The notes beneath the pieces are model-generated. The model saw nothing but the letters and a program-made list of their open reading frames with translations. It was not told the DNA's origin and ran no database searches. Shown in pieces: positions 29,690 to 42,956 of a DNA stretch of 64,000 nt. Numbering within the stretch: the first letter of the stretch is position 1; each line of letters begins with the position of its first letter. This DNA is from the human T2T-CHM13v2.0 reference genome, Homo sapiens. A program made the translations under genes and the position numbers. The stretch is taken from the NCBI RefSeq assembly GCF_009914755.1, contig NC_060927.1. One strand, given 5' to 3'.

Positions 29690-30482
29690 TTTTGTTTTTC
29701 ATTTTTTATTTCTGTGAGAACATGTTAGGTGTATATATTTATAGGGTACATGAAGAATTTTGACACAGGCATAACACATAATAATCACATTAGAGTAAAT
29801 AAGGTATCATCTATCACCTTAAGCATTTATTATTTCTTTGTGTTACAAACATCCCAATTGTACCTATTAGTTCTTTTAAAATGTGCAATAGATTATTGTT
29901 CACTATAGTCACCCTGTTTTGCTATCAAACACTAGATCTTATTCTATTGAACTATATTTTTCTACCCATTATCCATCCCCAATCCCCACCCCGTCCCCCA
30001 CCCCCCACTGCCACATGACCATTCCCTGCCTCTGGTAATCATCCTTTCCCTCTCTATCTCCATGAGTTCAACTGCTTTCATTTTAAGCTCCCACAAATGC
30101 GTGAGAATAAGCAAAATTTGTCTTTTCTGTGCATAGCTTATTTCTCTTAACATGATGCTCCCCAGTTTTATTAATGTTGTTGCAAATAACAGGATTTCAT
30201 TTTTTATGGCTAAATAATACTCCACTGTGTGTTTGTGCTACATTTTCTTTATCCATTCATCTATTGATGGACACTTAAGATTGCTTCCAAATCTTGGGTC
30301 TTGTGAATAGTGCTGCAGTAAACCTGAAAGTGCAGATATCCCTTTGATGTACTGATATCCTTTCCTTGGGGTATATACCTAGCAGTGGAATTGCTGGATT
30401 CTATGATATTTCTATTTTTAGTTTTTTGAGGAATCTCCATATGGTTCTTCATAGTGGTTGTATTAATTTACATTTCCACCAA
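29690..30482 (-). mobile_element. L1MA (MA2-4-like) 3' end
   Basis: TAGGTGTATATATTTATAGGGTACATGA...; minus ORF MEYYLAIKNEILLFATT is typical of L1 3' ends. Confidence 0.88.
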
Positions 30483-31959
30483 AGACCCTTTTCTTATTAA
30501 TCATCTCTGTGCTCTGTTGAAGTTTCACCATGTGGCTTACTCTTTACATTCAGTAACAGATACTTGCCTTAGATTCTAAAATGACATTTCTATTAATAAT
30601 CAAAACCAGGGGGAAAAAAAACTTTCAAAAATTTTTTAAATGAAAAAAAATCACATTATTCAAAAAACAGAAGTGAACCTGACAGAGTCCCCTAGGTTTT
30701 TTTTTTCCTACATATCTGCTTGTATCCCTTTAAAATACAAATAAAATATTAATTCTAACAGAATATTAATATCATGTAATTAAATGTTAATATTAACTGA
30801 CACCATTGTACTGTTAATTATTAATATTTATTGGATATTAACATTAAGTTTTAATAACACAAAATATCTATGTCAACTAAGTGAAGAAACCAGAACAATT
30901 TGCTCAAATATGTTAAAAACTGTAAGAGAAAAAATGTAATATGTTCTTGTTTATCAACTTACTCCATTTCATAGAATTATCAAAATATGTAGATACAATT
31001 GCAATATGCATCAGTATTAAAATCCAAATTATTATTGCCTTGTCTTTTAAGCTATTAGTTTGGAGTTTTGCAGTGTAATGAATTCTCCAACCAGAACTGA
31101 TGGGCTTCCTTGGCTTCCAGGTATCTTATTGGAAGTTGAACTATTATATCCTTGGTAAATAACACATTGAAAAAGTCAACAAATTCTACCTTCCCTCAAG
31201 CAATGAGATAATGTAGTACATTATTATCATCATTACACTTTGTTGCTCTCTCTGTCTCTCTTTGTAATCCATCCTGTCTACATCTTGGTGAATTATTTCA
31301 ATCTACAACATTGCATTGTTCCTTTTATTTTTATCTACAGAATTTTTACCTTTACATCTTTAATTTGCTCTGGTTTTGAGTATTGCACCTCTATCCATTT
31401 TTGTTTAATATTTGTTTGTTATATCCTTTATATACCTTTATTTGTATATTTCTTGTGTGTGTGTATGATTTATGTACCTTTCTTGAAGACTCAATATATT
31501 TTTCATATTGTTTCAAGCCACTGAAATGAACAATGGAAAATATGAAGAGCCTTGAAAACATCCATAGACTGAAGTAGATGGCTTAATTCTTATCAAAAGT
31601 CAGCACTGATGTATGCCTTTTACAGCTTCTCCCAGCAACATTGAACAATTTTCACATTTACTAAGCGATTCTCATTTGGTCCCAAATGTCATCACTTATC
31701 TTTTTTGAGAAGTAGAAGCAGGTGTCATGGTTCTTCTCACTTATATATTTTATAAATTTCTGGCACATCACAGGCTTTCATATTGAATATCTGATTCTAC
31801 AAGCATTTTAGTCCAGAATTAAAATGGGAATATATGTTAGGTGTGGAGCATGGCTCATAACAATATATAGTGACTAAGAAAGAGAGAAGAAAGATCTATT
31901 TCAATAGTGTGTCATGATCATGGAATTGAAGTAGGGAGGCTTATTATACTTACCCAGTG

Positions 31960-32085
31960 CTTTCGTAATCCTGACTGTCACATTTCAGCGATATAACTAT
32001 GGAAAAATTATTATTGACTTAAAGTTTCAATTTTCTAAAGTACTCAATGGGAATAATAGTACCTACTTTTATCACATTAAAAGGC
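31960..32085 (+). mobile_element. MIR fragment
   Basis: AATGGGAATAATAGTACCTAC core motif. Confidence 0.55.
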
Positions 32086-32291
32086 TTATGCACACACCTT
32101 CACTGGTACTTCAAGAATTTTAGGTTTTGAAATTCAACTTTGATATACGCAATTTAATGAGCTCTCATTACTCATTAAAGATGGTAAAACAATGAAGAAC
32201 TACATTGTTATTTTCTGTATCATTTTACTTTACTATTTTGATTACAAAGAACATTTACAGTCACTTAAAATGCAGTAAGTTGACATTGTAT

Positions 32292-32345
32292 TTTAAATTT
32301 ATGTAAACTAAAATTTAAATTTATGTAAACTAAAATTTAAATTTA
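32292..32345. repeat. Perfect 22-bp tandem repeat, ~2.4 copies
   Basis: Unit TTTAAATTTATGTAAACTAAAA. Confidence 0.95.
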
Positions 32346-32400
32346 AGTTTAATTTAATTTTGGTACTGAAATTTAAAAAAAAATTTTTTTTAAATCTTTA

Positions 32401-32680
32401 TTTTTATTTTTTTGAGACAGTCTTGCTCTGTTGCCGAGGCTTGTTCTTTGCTCACTGCAACCTCTGCCTCCTGGGATCAAGCGATTCTTGTGCCCCAGAG
32501 TCCTGAATAGCTGGGATTATGGGCAATTGCCACCACACTGAGCTAATTTTTGTATTTTTAGTAGAGACTGGGTTTCACCATGTTGGGCTAGGCTGGTCTC
32601 AAACTCCTGCCCTCAAGTGATCCCCCCGCCTCGGCCTCCCAAAGTGCTGGGATTACAGGTGTAAGCCACTGTGCCCAGCC
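32401..32680 (-). mobile_element. Alu (Sz/Jb-like) with small internal deletion
   Basis: Antisense Alu; lacks GGAGTGCAGTGGCGCG at ~32443. Confidence 0.92.
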
Positions 32681-33194
32681 AACATCTTTAAATTATGAAA
32701 TATTATCATAATATTGGGAAATTTTGCATACAATTCTTTTTACATTTTAAAATTCTTGCTTGTTTTATCAAAAAAGCACTCAAAATTATTTTAAAGTATT
32801 AAAATGACAGAATTAATGGCTATTTATTTAAGGTAGACTGAGTTCATATAGTTTTTGCTTTCCATTTGTAATGCTAAAGTAAAGGTATTACTGAAGAGAT
32901 TATAATTATGTAAAATGGAAAAAAGCACCTTTAAATTGAAAGAGTAATTTAATGTTAACATGAATAAAACTGAATATAATGCAGACTTAGTAACAGAAAT
33001 GTACTTAAAGCCAATTTAAATTATAATAGTTGATTTATAGTATATTACAGTTATTACTTAGACAAAATGCCATTTTCCAGGGAATTTTTAAGAAAGAGAG
33101 ATGGAGAGAGGAAGAGAGTGAAGGAGGGAGAGAGGAGGAAAGGAACAGAAAGAGAAAGAAAGAGAGTAATTTGTTAAAACAATTATACAAAGCA

Positions 33195-33285
33195 CTAATT
33201 TTACCTCTATTTTATATATGTGAAAGCTGAAGCACAGAAATATTAACGAATTTTCCAAGGTTATATAGCAAGTAAGTATGCAGCC
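33195..33285 (-). mobile_element. MIR fragment
   Basis: ATTTTA...TGTGAAAGCTGAAGCACAGA...CCAAGGTTATATAGCAAGTAAGT. Confidence 0.6.
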
Positions 33286-33288
33286 TTG

Positions 33289-33729
33289 TGTTATGTGTGT
33301 CCACATGAAGAGACCACCAAACAGCCTTTGTGTGAGCAATAAACCTTTTTAATCACCTGGGTGCAGGAGGACTGAGACCGAAAAAGGAGTCCGCAAAGGG
33401 AGTTAGGAGTGGGGCAGTTTTATAGGATTTGGGTAGGTAGTGGAAAATTACAGTCAAAGGTGTTGTTCTCTTGTGGGCAGGGGCGGGGGTCACAAGGTGC
33501 TCGGTGAGGAGCTCCTGAGAGTTACTGTCAAGGAGAAGGAATGCCACAAGGTCAATTGATCAGTTAGGGTAGGGCAGGAACAAATCACAATGGTGTAATG
33601 TCATCAGTGAAGGCAGGAACTGACTATTTTCACCTCTTTTGTGGTTCTTCAGTTGCTTCAGGCCATCTGCATGTATATGTTCAGGTCACAGGGGATATGA
33701 TGGCTTAGCTGGGGCTCAGAGGCCTGACA
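33289..33729 (-). mobile_element. HERV-H solo LTR (LTR7 family, B/C-like)
   Basis: Minus strand begins TGTCAGGCCTCTGAGCCCCAGCTAAGCCATCATATCCCCTGTGACCTG; TG...CA ends; 5-bp TSD CCTTG/TCTTG; TATAAAA 33424-33418; ATTAAA 33353-33348. Confidence 0.95.
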
Positions 33730-34849
33730 TCTTGTTGGTTTTATTTATTTGATTTCTTTACATATAGATTTTTAGGTTTTTAAGCCACATTTAGATTTTC
33801 TGGATTTCAAATGTAATATTTAGCCAATAGTCATTCACTTTTGTGTTTCAAAGAAAGATTTTTTTTAATGTTAATTTGTTTCAGTACCTGGAATATAGCT
33901 TTGAGAAACTGATTTTTATAGCTCTTTAAATGAAAGTGCATGGATATTAGTATGAAAGCAAATTAAAGCAGATTTGAAATACAAGAAATTTAGTAATTAT
34001 TTAAAGAAGAAAATAAAGATTTATTCATATTTTCAATTTATATTTACTTCAAAATAAAAATCAACCTTTGTAATATTGGCGCTCATATTCTTTTTCCTGA
34101 AGAAAAAATATGAAACTGTTGTAATACATATTCTGTGTAAATCTAGTTTTAAATGTGTGTTTCTCAAGGTAGAATCTTATTCTGTAAGTTTTTGGATAAA
34201 AGGAAAACATTTTGAAATAAAGGACTGAGTAAACACCTATTTATATAGTTGATTAGTTAGTTAATTTATATCATCATATATTGACTTATAAAAGCTTTTT
34301 TGCCATAATACCAGAAGCATTTATACAGCTCTATCATGTTTTCTTTTTCTTGTCCTGCAAGATGTTTCCTCATGAGTTCATTATGTTCAAAATGATCACT
34401 TTTAACCACCTATACTGAGTTGTATCCCAAAAGTTATCACTGCCTGTAAAATTCTGTAGCCGGTATTAAATTACTTAAAACATCTTCTATAGATAATCCT
34501 TCACACTGACCATTTAAAATGTGTTTTCATTTAGAGGGGAAAATTACAGGACAAATTATGTTGCAATTACTTGTTAATATAATAAGTAGTCTTGTTAGAT
34601 GATTTTGCCAATTAACTTGTATTAATTATATATGTTAAAGTGGCTTAACTTCTACCTGAATAATTACAAATAATTATTTTGTTAAAAAATTATCTCTTAA
34701 ACACAATTTGCTGTAGCGAGAATGTCAAAGTAAAACAAGTGGGAATTTTTTCACTACAGAATTTCAAATATCATACTGAATTAACCCCATCAATGTTGTA
34801 TGTTGATTTTTTGTTTTAGAATACAGACAAGTTCAATTACTCTAGTCAC

Positions 34850-36555
34850 TTAGAAGTCTGTCATTATCTCTCTTCTCTCTGTTCTCCCCTACCTTTTCCT
34901 GCCTTCTTCATCCTTATTCTCTCTTCATAGCTAAATGTATTACTAAGCTTCGATGTAAATTCTCCTTCCACTAGTCCAATGCAATTGTGTTGCTAAGGTC
35001 ACCAATGACCTCTAATTTACCCAATGCAATGATCTTTTTTTGTGTGTTTATTCATCATTTTGATTATTTTTCTCTGCATTTGCCCTTTAATTTGCTTTGG
35101 AAATGCACTGAACCTTTGTTTTCTAAGGCACAATGCAACCAACTAGTTTTCTCCTTTAACTGACCATTAAGTATCAGGATGACTTGAGGCTCAAATATTG
35201 ATCCTGTCTGAGGTTGTCTTCTTGACCCTCCACCTATGCATGTGCTTTGACAGAGTATAGTAACTAAACACAGTATATCTCTACCCAGGGTTCTCCTTGG
35301 CAATCACAATCATCCACTACCTACTGCCCCATGGGTATGTAAAACCTATGAGAGCCAAAGGGGAAAGCCTCATCTTCTGTCTCAAGCTTTCCCTTCATCC
35401 ATTTCATCTCCTTGTTTTCTCAAGATCAAAATGTGATATTTAGCCTTATCTGTTCTTCTCTCTTATGAATCATATTCAGCCCATCACAAAATGGTATCAT
35501 TGGTTCCTCATTAACAATCTTTATATCTGTAGTCAACTGTTCTATTGCTCCCTTTATCTAAAACCTTAAAACTTCTTGTTTGGGTCACTTTTCTTCTCCA
35601 AATCCATTCTTTTCATTTTGGCAATCTAAAGTGCTATTATGCATAATAGCAGTCTAAAATGCTATTATGATCATATCACTGTACTCCTGAAAACTATTGT
35701 ATTTCCAGTTTCTCATATTTCCTTCTTGTGCTTAATGTTTCTCAGACACATCCAAAGTAAAGCTATTATTTATTACACCCTACTTGTTCTTCCCCAAGTT
35801 TCACGTAGGTACTTAGTGAACCCATTCTATACAGTTGTCCCAAACATAGTGACTGTTTATGTTTATCTTCCTCTATAAACAACTGAGCAAATAACATTAT
35901 CGTCAATTTTCGGGTAAATCTGTATTCCAAACTCCATTACCCTAGTTCATACCACCATGTTTTCTTCTTTTCATTGGTGCAATAGTTTACAACCCCACTT
36001 CCTCTTATTGATCACATTTATCCACACTGCAGAAAAGTGCCTTTTTTAGCAGCCAGATATGATGACAATGTTTTTGCAATTCATGACATTCAATAGCTCC
36101 CAGCTGTTCTTAGAATGAAATTCAAACTCCTTATCAGAATTCACAAGGTTTTCTGGTATCACTTTTGTTATGTGCCAGCTCCCTGTTTATATTTTTTTTA
36201 GCCATACTAAACACCTTGTAGTTCCTCGAAAGTTTCACATTTTCTTAGCTACTGTTTCTTTGCGCAAAATAATCTCCACTTCTGTCTCTTTTCCTTGGTC
36301 CAACCTCTACACTCTGTTGCTATGTTCTACAGATATAAATAAACCACCTCCTTTACATTAACTTTTCCCACACCTAAAGACTAGTTTAATTATCACCCTA
36401 AATTTTACCTTGCTGAGTATTTGGTTCTCTCTCCAATGTGTTAGTAAAGTCCTTGAGGAAGGAGGGGAAAAATATTATTTATTGTATCCCAAACATTGAC
36501 CATAGAACCTTATACATAGTAGCAAGGCAATAAATATTTTTATAATGAAGAAATA
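34850..36555 (+). mobile_element. L2 fragments (at least two)
   Basis: AAGGTCACCAATGACCTC; ATGAAATTCAAACTCCTTA; 3' end CATAGTAG...CAATAAATATTT. Confidence 0.75.
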
Positions 36556-36899
36556 TTCTCAGATACCTGGATTAATTGCACTACATTTATCATCCTTTAA
36601 GCACCTGAAAGGGTTATTTTACAGACAATAGCCCCAGAAATATATCTCACAACTAGCCAAGTTGAACTTTATATTCGGATCTGTCATGTCTCAATGTTGT
36701 TTTTCCTTTGCCATCACCACAGGCTCCTCTGAGTCCCTCCATGGTGTCCCTCTATCACTGCAATGGTGGTAATCAACCAATTTTAGTTTCCCAGAGTTGC
36801 TACGTTGTCACACGTAGTCAGATCTTTAAACAGACTTCTTAGCATTGAAATGCTTATCTTCAGTTTTTTGTACACTTTGATTAATTTTGAATTTATTTG

Positions 36900-37825
<926 letters not shown>

Positions 37826-39796
37826 GTGCTTATTCTTTTTCTTACAATGCATAATATTTACAAAAATAACTCCTTCCTTTTGACAATGAGGGGTTTTATA
37901 CATGAGATTAATGAAGCGAGAATAAAGGCTATTTCCCATAAAGGACATAATATTTTTGGCCCAATTTGTAGAGAACTGAAATATAACTCAAAATCATATC
38001 AAAAGCTCATAGAGGAAAGAAGCCCACTATGAATTACTTAATTTTAATTTTTAGTACGAACACAGACTATGAGAATTAGGCCTCATGATTTTAACTTTCT
38101 AGGTGTTCTTTTCTATTGGAAAGGAAAATTACCTTTCGTAAGTGATTATAATGACTCTCTGAGATTAAGCATCATTTTATTAGTTGTGCTATATATCAAA
38201 GTTCTCAAAAATATTAAGTTTTGGATAAAGTAAACACAAAGCTTTTAAACCTTGTAATGATGAGAAAACTTTAAAAAGGTTTGCAGAAAGTGTGCTAAAT
38301 TTTGTGGGCTTTTCTGGTTGTTAAGTGTTTCACTTTTCTTTTCTATGGTTTTAACACTAGAGTATTTATTCACAAACAAAATGAAATAAAAGAAACTACC
38401 CTTTGGCTCCTAAAATTCTATCTTATACTTATCTCCAAAAGCACCCATTTAAAGGTGTTAGTATAAGCCAGTAAAGTGAGGTGGCCTTTTACCTGACAAC
38501 ATTTCAATCCAAACAGAAGATAAGAAGAAAATTTATCCTTAGAGAATAATTTCAGAGTAAACTTTTCTACAGCTACTCCCCAGAGGTTAAGGTAAGAAAT
38601 AAACTGAACACAAACATATCTCTATAGAAAATCGCTTGAGTTGGCTCAATTCTCCAGTGAAAGCTACAACTGTATTTACTTTTCTTCCATTTTTCTAAGA
38701 AGATATATTTAAATGAGTTATGCTTTAATGGGGGTATTTTAGAGATTGAGAAAAAAGTATCAATACTACTAAATATAATTTCTTCCAAATCTAAGTTATT
38801 AAAAAAAATTTATCAGGGCATGTTGCCCTTCCTTATGTAACTTTTGCTGACATATTTCTATTGTTGAGTCAGCTAACACAAGTATAGATCAGTAACTCTA
38901 TTACAGGTATTTAGTAACAAATATAAAACCCCCTCTGAAACAAATATTTAATATTAAAAATTTCCTATTTTCATAAGCCTATAATTTTCTATGTTCCTGT
39001 TTTTATTTTTTGTAAAATTACCAATTTTATGCTATGCTTAGATAAGGCAATTCTAACACTTTATGGTAATTGCTGTATTTCCCTGTGATTACCTCTACCA
39101 TCAGGTCATGATCTAATTTGTCATTGTTTTTGGGGTAATGATTCTTAGAAAATGTTACTTACTATGCATTTCTAAATATAACTAAATACATTGTTGTAAA
39201 TATATGTGGCATAGACATAACTATACAAGGAGTTTTCTGATTCAGGTCATTGGGAATGGAGGTAGAGTGAAAACAAACAAAATACACAACACTCTCTTTC
39301 AAAAATAAGATAACTAAATAAATTTATTACTTACCTGCATCTATGAGTATTTTTTGTAAATCAGAATTAAAAATTCTGCCATCTTGCTGTACTGAAGTTT
39401 TTTGTTTGTTTTTTTTTTAGTTTGAAAGCTTCAGGTCCATCTATATTCTGAATCATGGTCTCTCTTGCTACCATTAATTTGTGTTTTGTTGAACACTGAC
39501 TGGTGAAATTGGTAGTGTTCAATCTGCTACAAAATTGTCAAGAAACAGTGCATTTCTGATTATTTTGTAAAGCAGAATTAAAAATTAAAAAGCCATATAT
39601 CTTTAAAAACTCATTTCCCGTACCATTTCAGCCTATTAGCACTCCAACCATATTGTGTAAAAATTCCCGTCATCCAAGCATTGTGAAAACTCTCACTTTT
39701 AACTATTTCTGACAATTTGCTGATAATTTGATGTGGAAAATTAGTTTGTAAAATTTTTTTAAAAAAACTAATTTTCTGTTTTAACATTGTTTCAAA

Positions 39797-39935
39797 CCAG
39801 GAACAGTGGCTCATGTCTATAATCCCAAGATTTTGGGAGGTTGAGGCAGGAGAATTTCTTGAACCCAAGAAAGGCTTCAGTAGCTGTGATTATGCCACTT
39901 CACTCCAGCCTGAGTGACAGAGTGCGACCCTATAT
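39797..39935 (+). mobile_element. Old Alu monomer (FLAM/FRAM-like or recombined AluJ)
   Basis: CAGTGGCTCATGTCTATAATCCC...CCAGCCTGAGTGACAGAGTGCGACCC, single arm. Confidence 0.8.
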
Positions 39936-42324
39936 ATATACAATTTCACCTTTTCTATAAAAATAATCCATACATATCATTTGGTATGGTTAAAATGAGA
40001 AGATGGCCTGAGTGTGATTTCCTGAATTACATGGTTTATTGCCATAAATAGAGATTTTCTATGTCCTTTTTTTTTTTTCTAACAATGCTCAAAGAGAAAA
40101 AGAATATGGAGAACCAATCTTACAGGAATGCACTGTGACAAAGTACATTAACCACATGATGAGTGAGTTCCAATTTTGTTTAGAGTTCAATTATGCAAAT
40201 CTAGTTGATCAATTAAAATGGAAGTAGGCCTCTGTGGATGTAAAGTCTAATTGAAGTTTGAGGCATATCTTTCTATCAGAAGTTTTTAGGAGGGATAATT
40301 TGACCAGCACAGCATAAGTTCATGTTCACAGGCAAGGTCGTCAGACACAGGAGTGGTGCTGATGTTGGTGAATGAGGCTTGGGAGAATGCATTGAAGGCT
40401 GTCAGACAGTAGCCCTGCTACAACCTAAGCTGTCAGTTGAAGGCTACCAGAGAGCCCTGCCGGAGCCTAAGCTCTCAATGTGTCTGTCAAAGTCTTGGGT
40501 TTATATATGTTTTGGAGTCCAGTAGTTGAGGCCAATATCTCACATATATGGTTTGATAAGATGTGACATAAAATTCTCACAGAGAGGGAAATTACATTCC
40601 ATGTGCTTATCATAGAAAAACTTGTGTCACTAATATAGCAAATTATTAAATTGGAATCCTTTCAAAGTTAAATAATATGCATAATGAGTCCAGATTATTT
40701 TATGATATTGTTATTATATCATAATCTATATATTTAACATTTTATTCAATTTTATATTCAAACGTATAAGATACATGTGCCCTTACGTCAATGTTCATCT
40801 AGTGTTATATCAGCCTTTATTTCTTAATTCTGAATTACTTTCTTCTGAATTACAGTACTATGTTTTAAGAAGGAATTTTAGGCCATAAAGTTTAGTTGCT
40901 TTTGGGGTTCTTGTTTTCTTCTTACGTCTTTGAGGGCATCGTTATTTTTCCTTTGCAAATAAGTCGAGAACATGGTAGTGAAGAAAATTCTTGAATCACA
41001 ATATTAATGAATTGTTCATTGGTAACAATTAACAGGATAATCTAGAAGTGCAGTAAATTTTTATCAGCAAATGTGGACTAGTGAGAAAAAAACATTTATT
41101 CTAACATTTTACTGAATTTTCAGAGATTGCTCTTCAAGGCTAGATTCAAAAGGCTATTTAATATCAGGGTTTTACTTATTTTTCCTTCTAATTTTAAATT
41201 AATGTAATTTCAGTTTTTCTCTACAAAGCAGAAGAAGCTAAATAATACAATCTTAAAGAATTTGAAGATTAAAAGCTTACTCACAGCTTTTATTTTCAGT
41301 ATACTAAACCACTTCCACTCTGTTTAGCTTCTCACTTGGCCATTATTTAAATTATCTAAATTATCTCCAACTCCAAATCCTTCAATTGACTACTGCCCAA
41401 AGTACTATAAATTATTGTTGAGCCAAATACTTATGAGTGTACATTGTGTGCATAGAACTATACAATAAGTAATAAATTATGCAGATTTCTCAGCATGTGG
41501 TCTGAGGAACTTAGAAGAGGTCATTGAAGGAGGGTAAGATAAAAACATAAAATGGATACTATAATACATTATTGGGAAGATACTTTTTGGTTTTATTATA
41601 ATAATACTAAGGATGGAAATATATTTCCTGAATTTAAGTAATTAATGATTTAAGATACTAATAATTGAAGTTATGTAAGAAAACATCAGGAAGAAAGTGG
41701 ATTTTATTTAGCCGATAAATTTTAATAGTGTATCTAAATGCTGTCTTTGGGAAGAGGATTATCAAAAGAAGAGAAGAGATTAAAACTAACTTAATAAAGA
41801 GAACAAAGTGTAAATAATGTTTAAATTAAAATGAATATTCTAGTTGTGAAGATGACAAAGATCATTCTTTCCAGAAAACAGGGGTATTAATATACTACAT
41901 ATATTTTGAAAAACATTTACAAATATTTCATTCAATATGACAAATAATGATTTCTTTTTAATATAACTGTATCTCTCTCAAAACAATGTGTCTGTGTTAT
42001 GAAACAGAGCCCCTTCTCTATAAAGTCACTGTATCACCTGACTTAAAATAAATGTTAATTAAATTCAGTTGTAAGTGAAATTCCAGCACAGTACTCATGG
42101 TGATGCGTTCCTAACAAAACAAATTTAGCAACTTAATTCCTGGAATGATGGTATATTTACAGGCATAGTTTCTTACTTTCATAGATCAATTTTTCAAAAA
42201 CTGTCACCAATTTTTAAGACTTATCATATATTTACTCTGGCTTATCTTTTAAGTGCTAACCCATTTCAAGCCACCATAAAGTTCTCATTTTTAATATTTA
42301 GTGTGGTACTTTTTCTCGGCAATG

Positions 42325-42502
42325 TTTTGTTTTTTTTGTTTGACGGAGTCTCGTTCTGTTGCCCAGGCTGGAGTGCAGTGGCGCCATCTTGGTTCACTGC
42401 AAACTCCGCCTTTAGGGTTCAAGTGATTCTTCTGCCTCAGCCTCCCGAGTAGCTGAGATTACAGGCACTCGCCTTCACGGCCAGCTATTTTTTTTTTTGT
42501 AT

Positions 42503-42545
<43 letters not shown>

Positions 42546-42688
42546 TTTCTAGTAGAGACGGGATTTTACCATGTTGGCCAGGCATCTCTGCACTCTCTGG
42601 GGCCCAGGAAGCTCCTGACCTCAGGTGATACACCCACCTCAGCCTCCCAAAGTGCTGGGATTACAGGTGTCAGCCACCGCTCCCGACC
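42325..42688 (-). mobile_element. AluSx-like with (TTTA)n expansion and an inserted MER52-derived patch
   Basis: TSD TTTCT(C/T)GGCAAT(G/A)TTTT at 42312 and 42689; foreign sequence at 42584-42611. Confidence 0.93.
42500..42548. repeat. (TTTA)~12 tetranucleotide STR in the Alu linker
   Basis: Directly visible. Confidence 0.97.
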
Positions 42689-42956
42689 TTTCTTGGCAAT
42701 ATTTTAGCAGACAGAACACTATTACTTTCACCAGTCACTGTTCAACACAATACAAGTTAGTGGCACTAAGAGAGACCACAATTGAGAAGATAGATTTTAA
42801 AAAGTGCAGTACAGCAAGATGGCAATAACATTTTTAGGTTGAAAGCATAAAGTAGTACTCATCTAACCATTAGGTACTATAACGAATATACAAATAAATA
42901 AATATAGTATGCTGTGTGTGTGAATGTGTACTTGGATATACATACCCAAATACTAC

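Noticed and set aside
38560-38597. Plus-strand 19-nt micro-exon pattern (TTTTCTACAG...AAG|GTAAGA)
   Set aside because: Short pyrimidine tract; expected by chance at this window size.
40193-40200. Octamer ATGCAAAT as OCT4 enhancer
   Set aside because: No adjacent SOX half-site; several chance hits are expected in AT-rich DNA (others at 18469, 28065, 57290).
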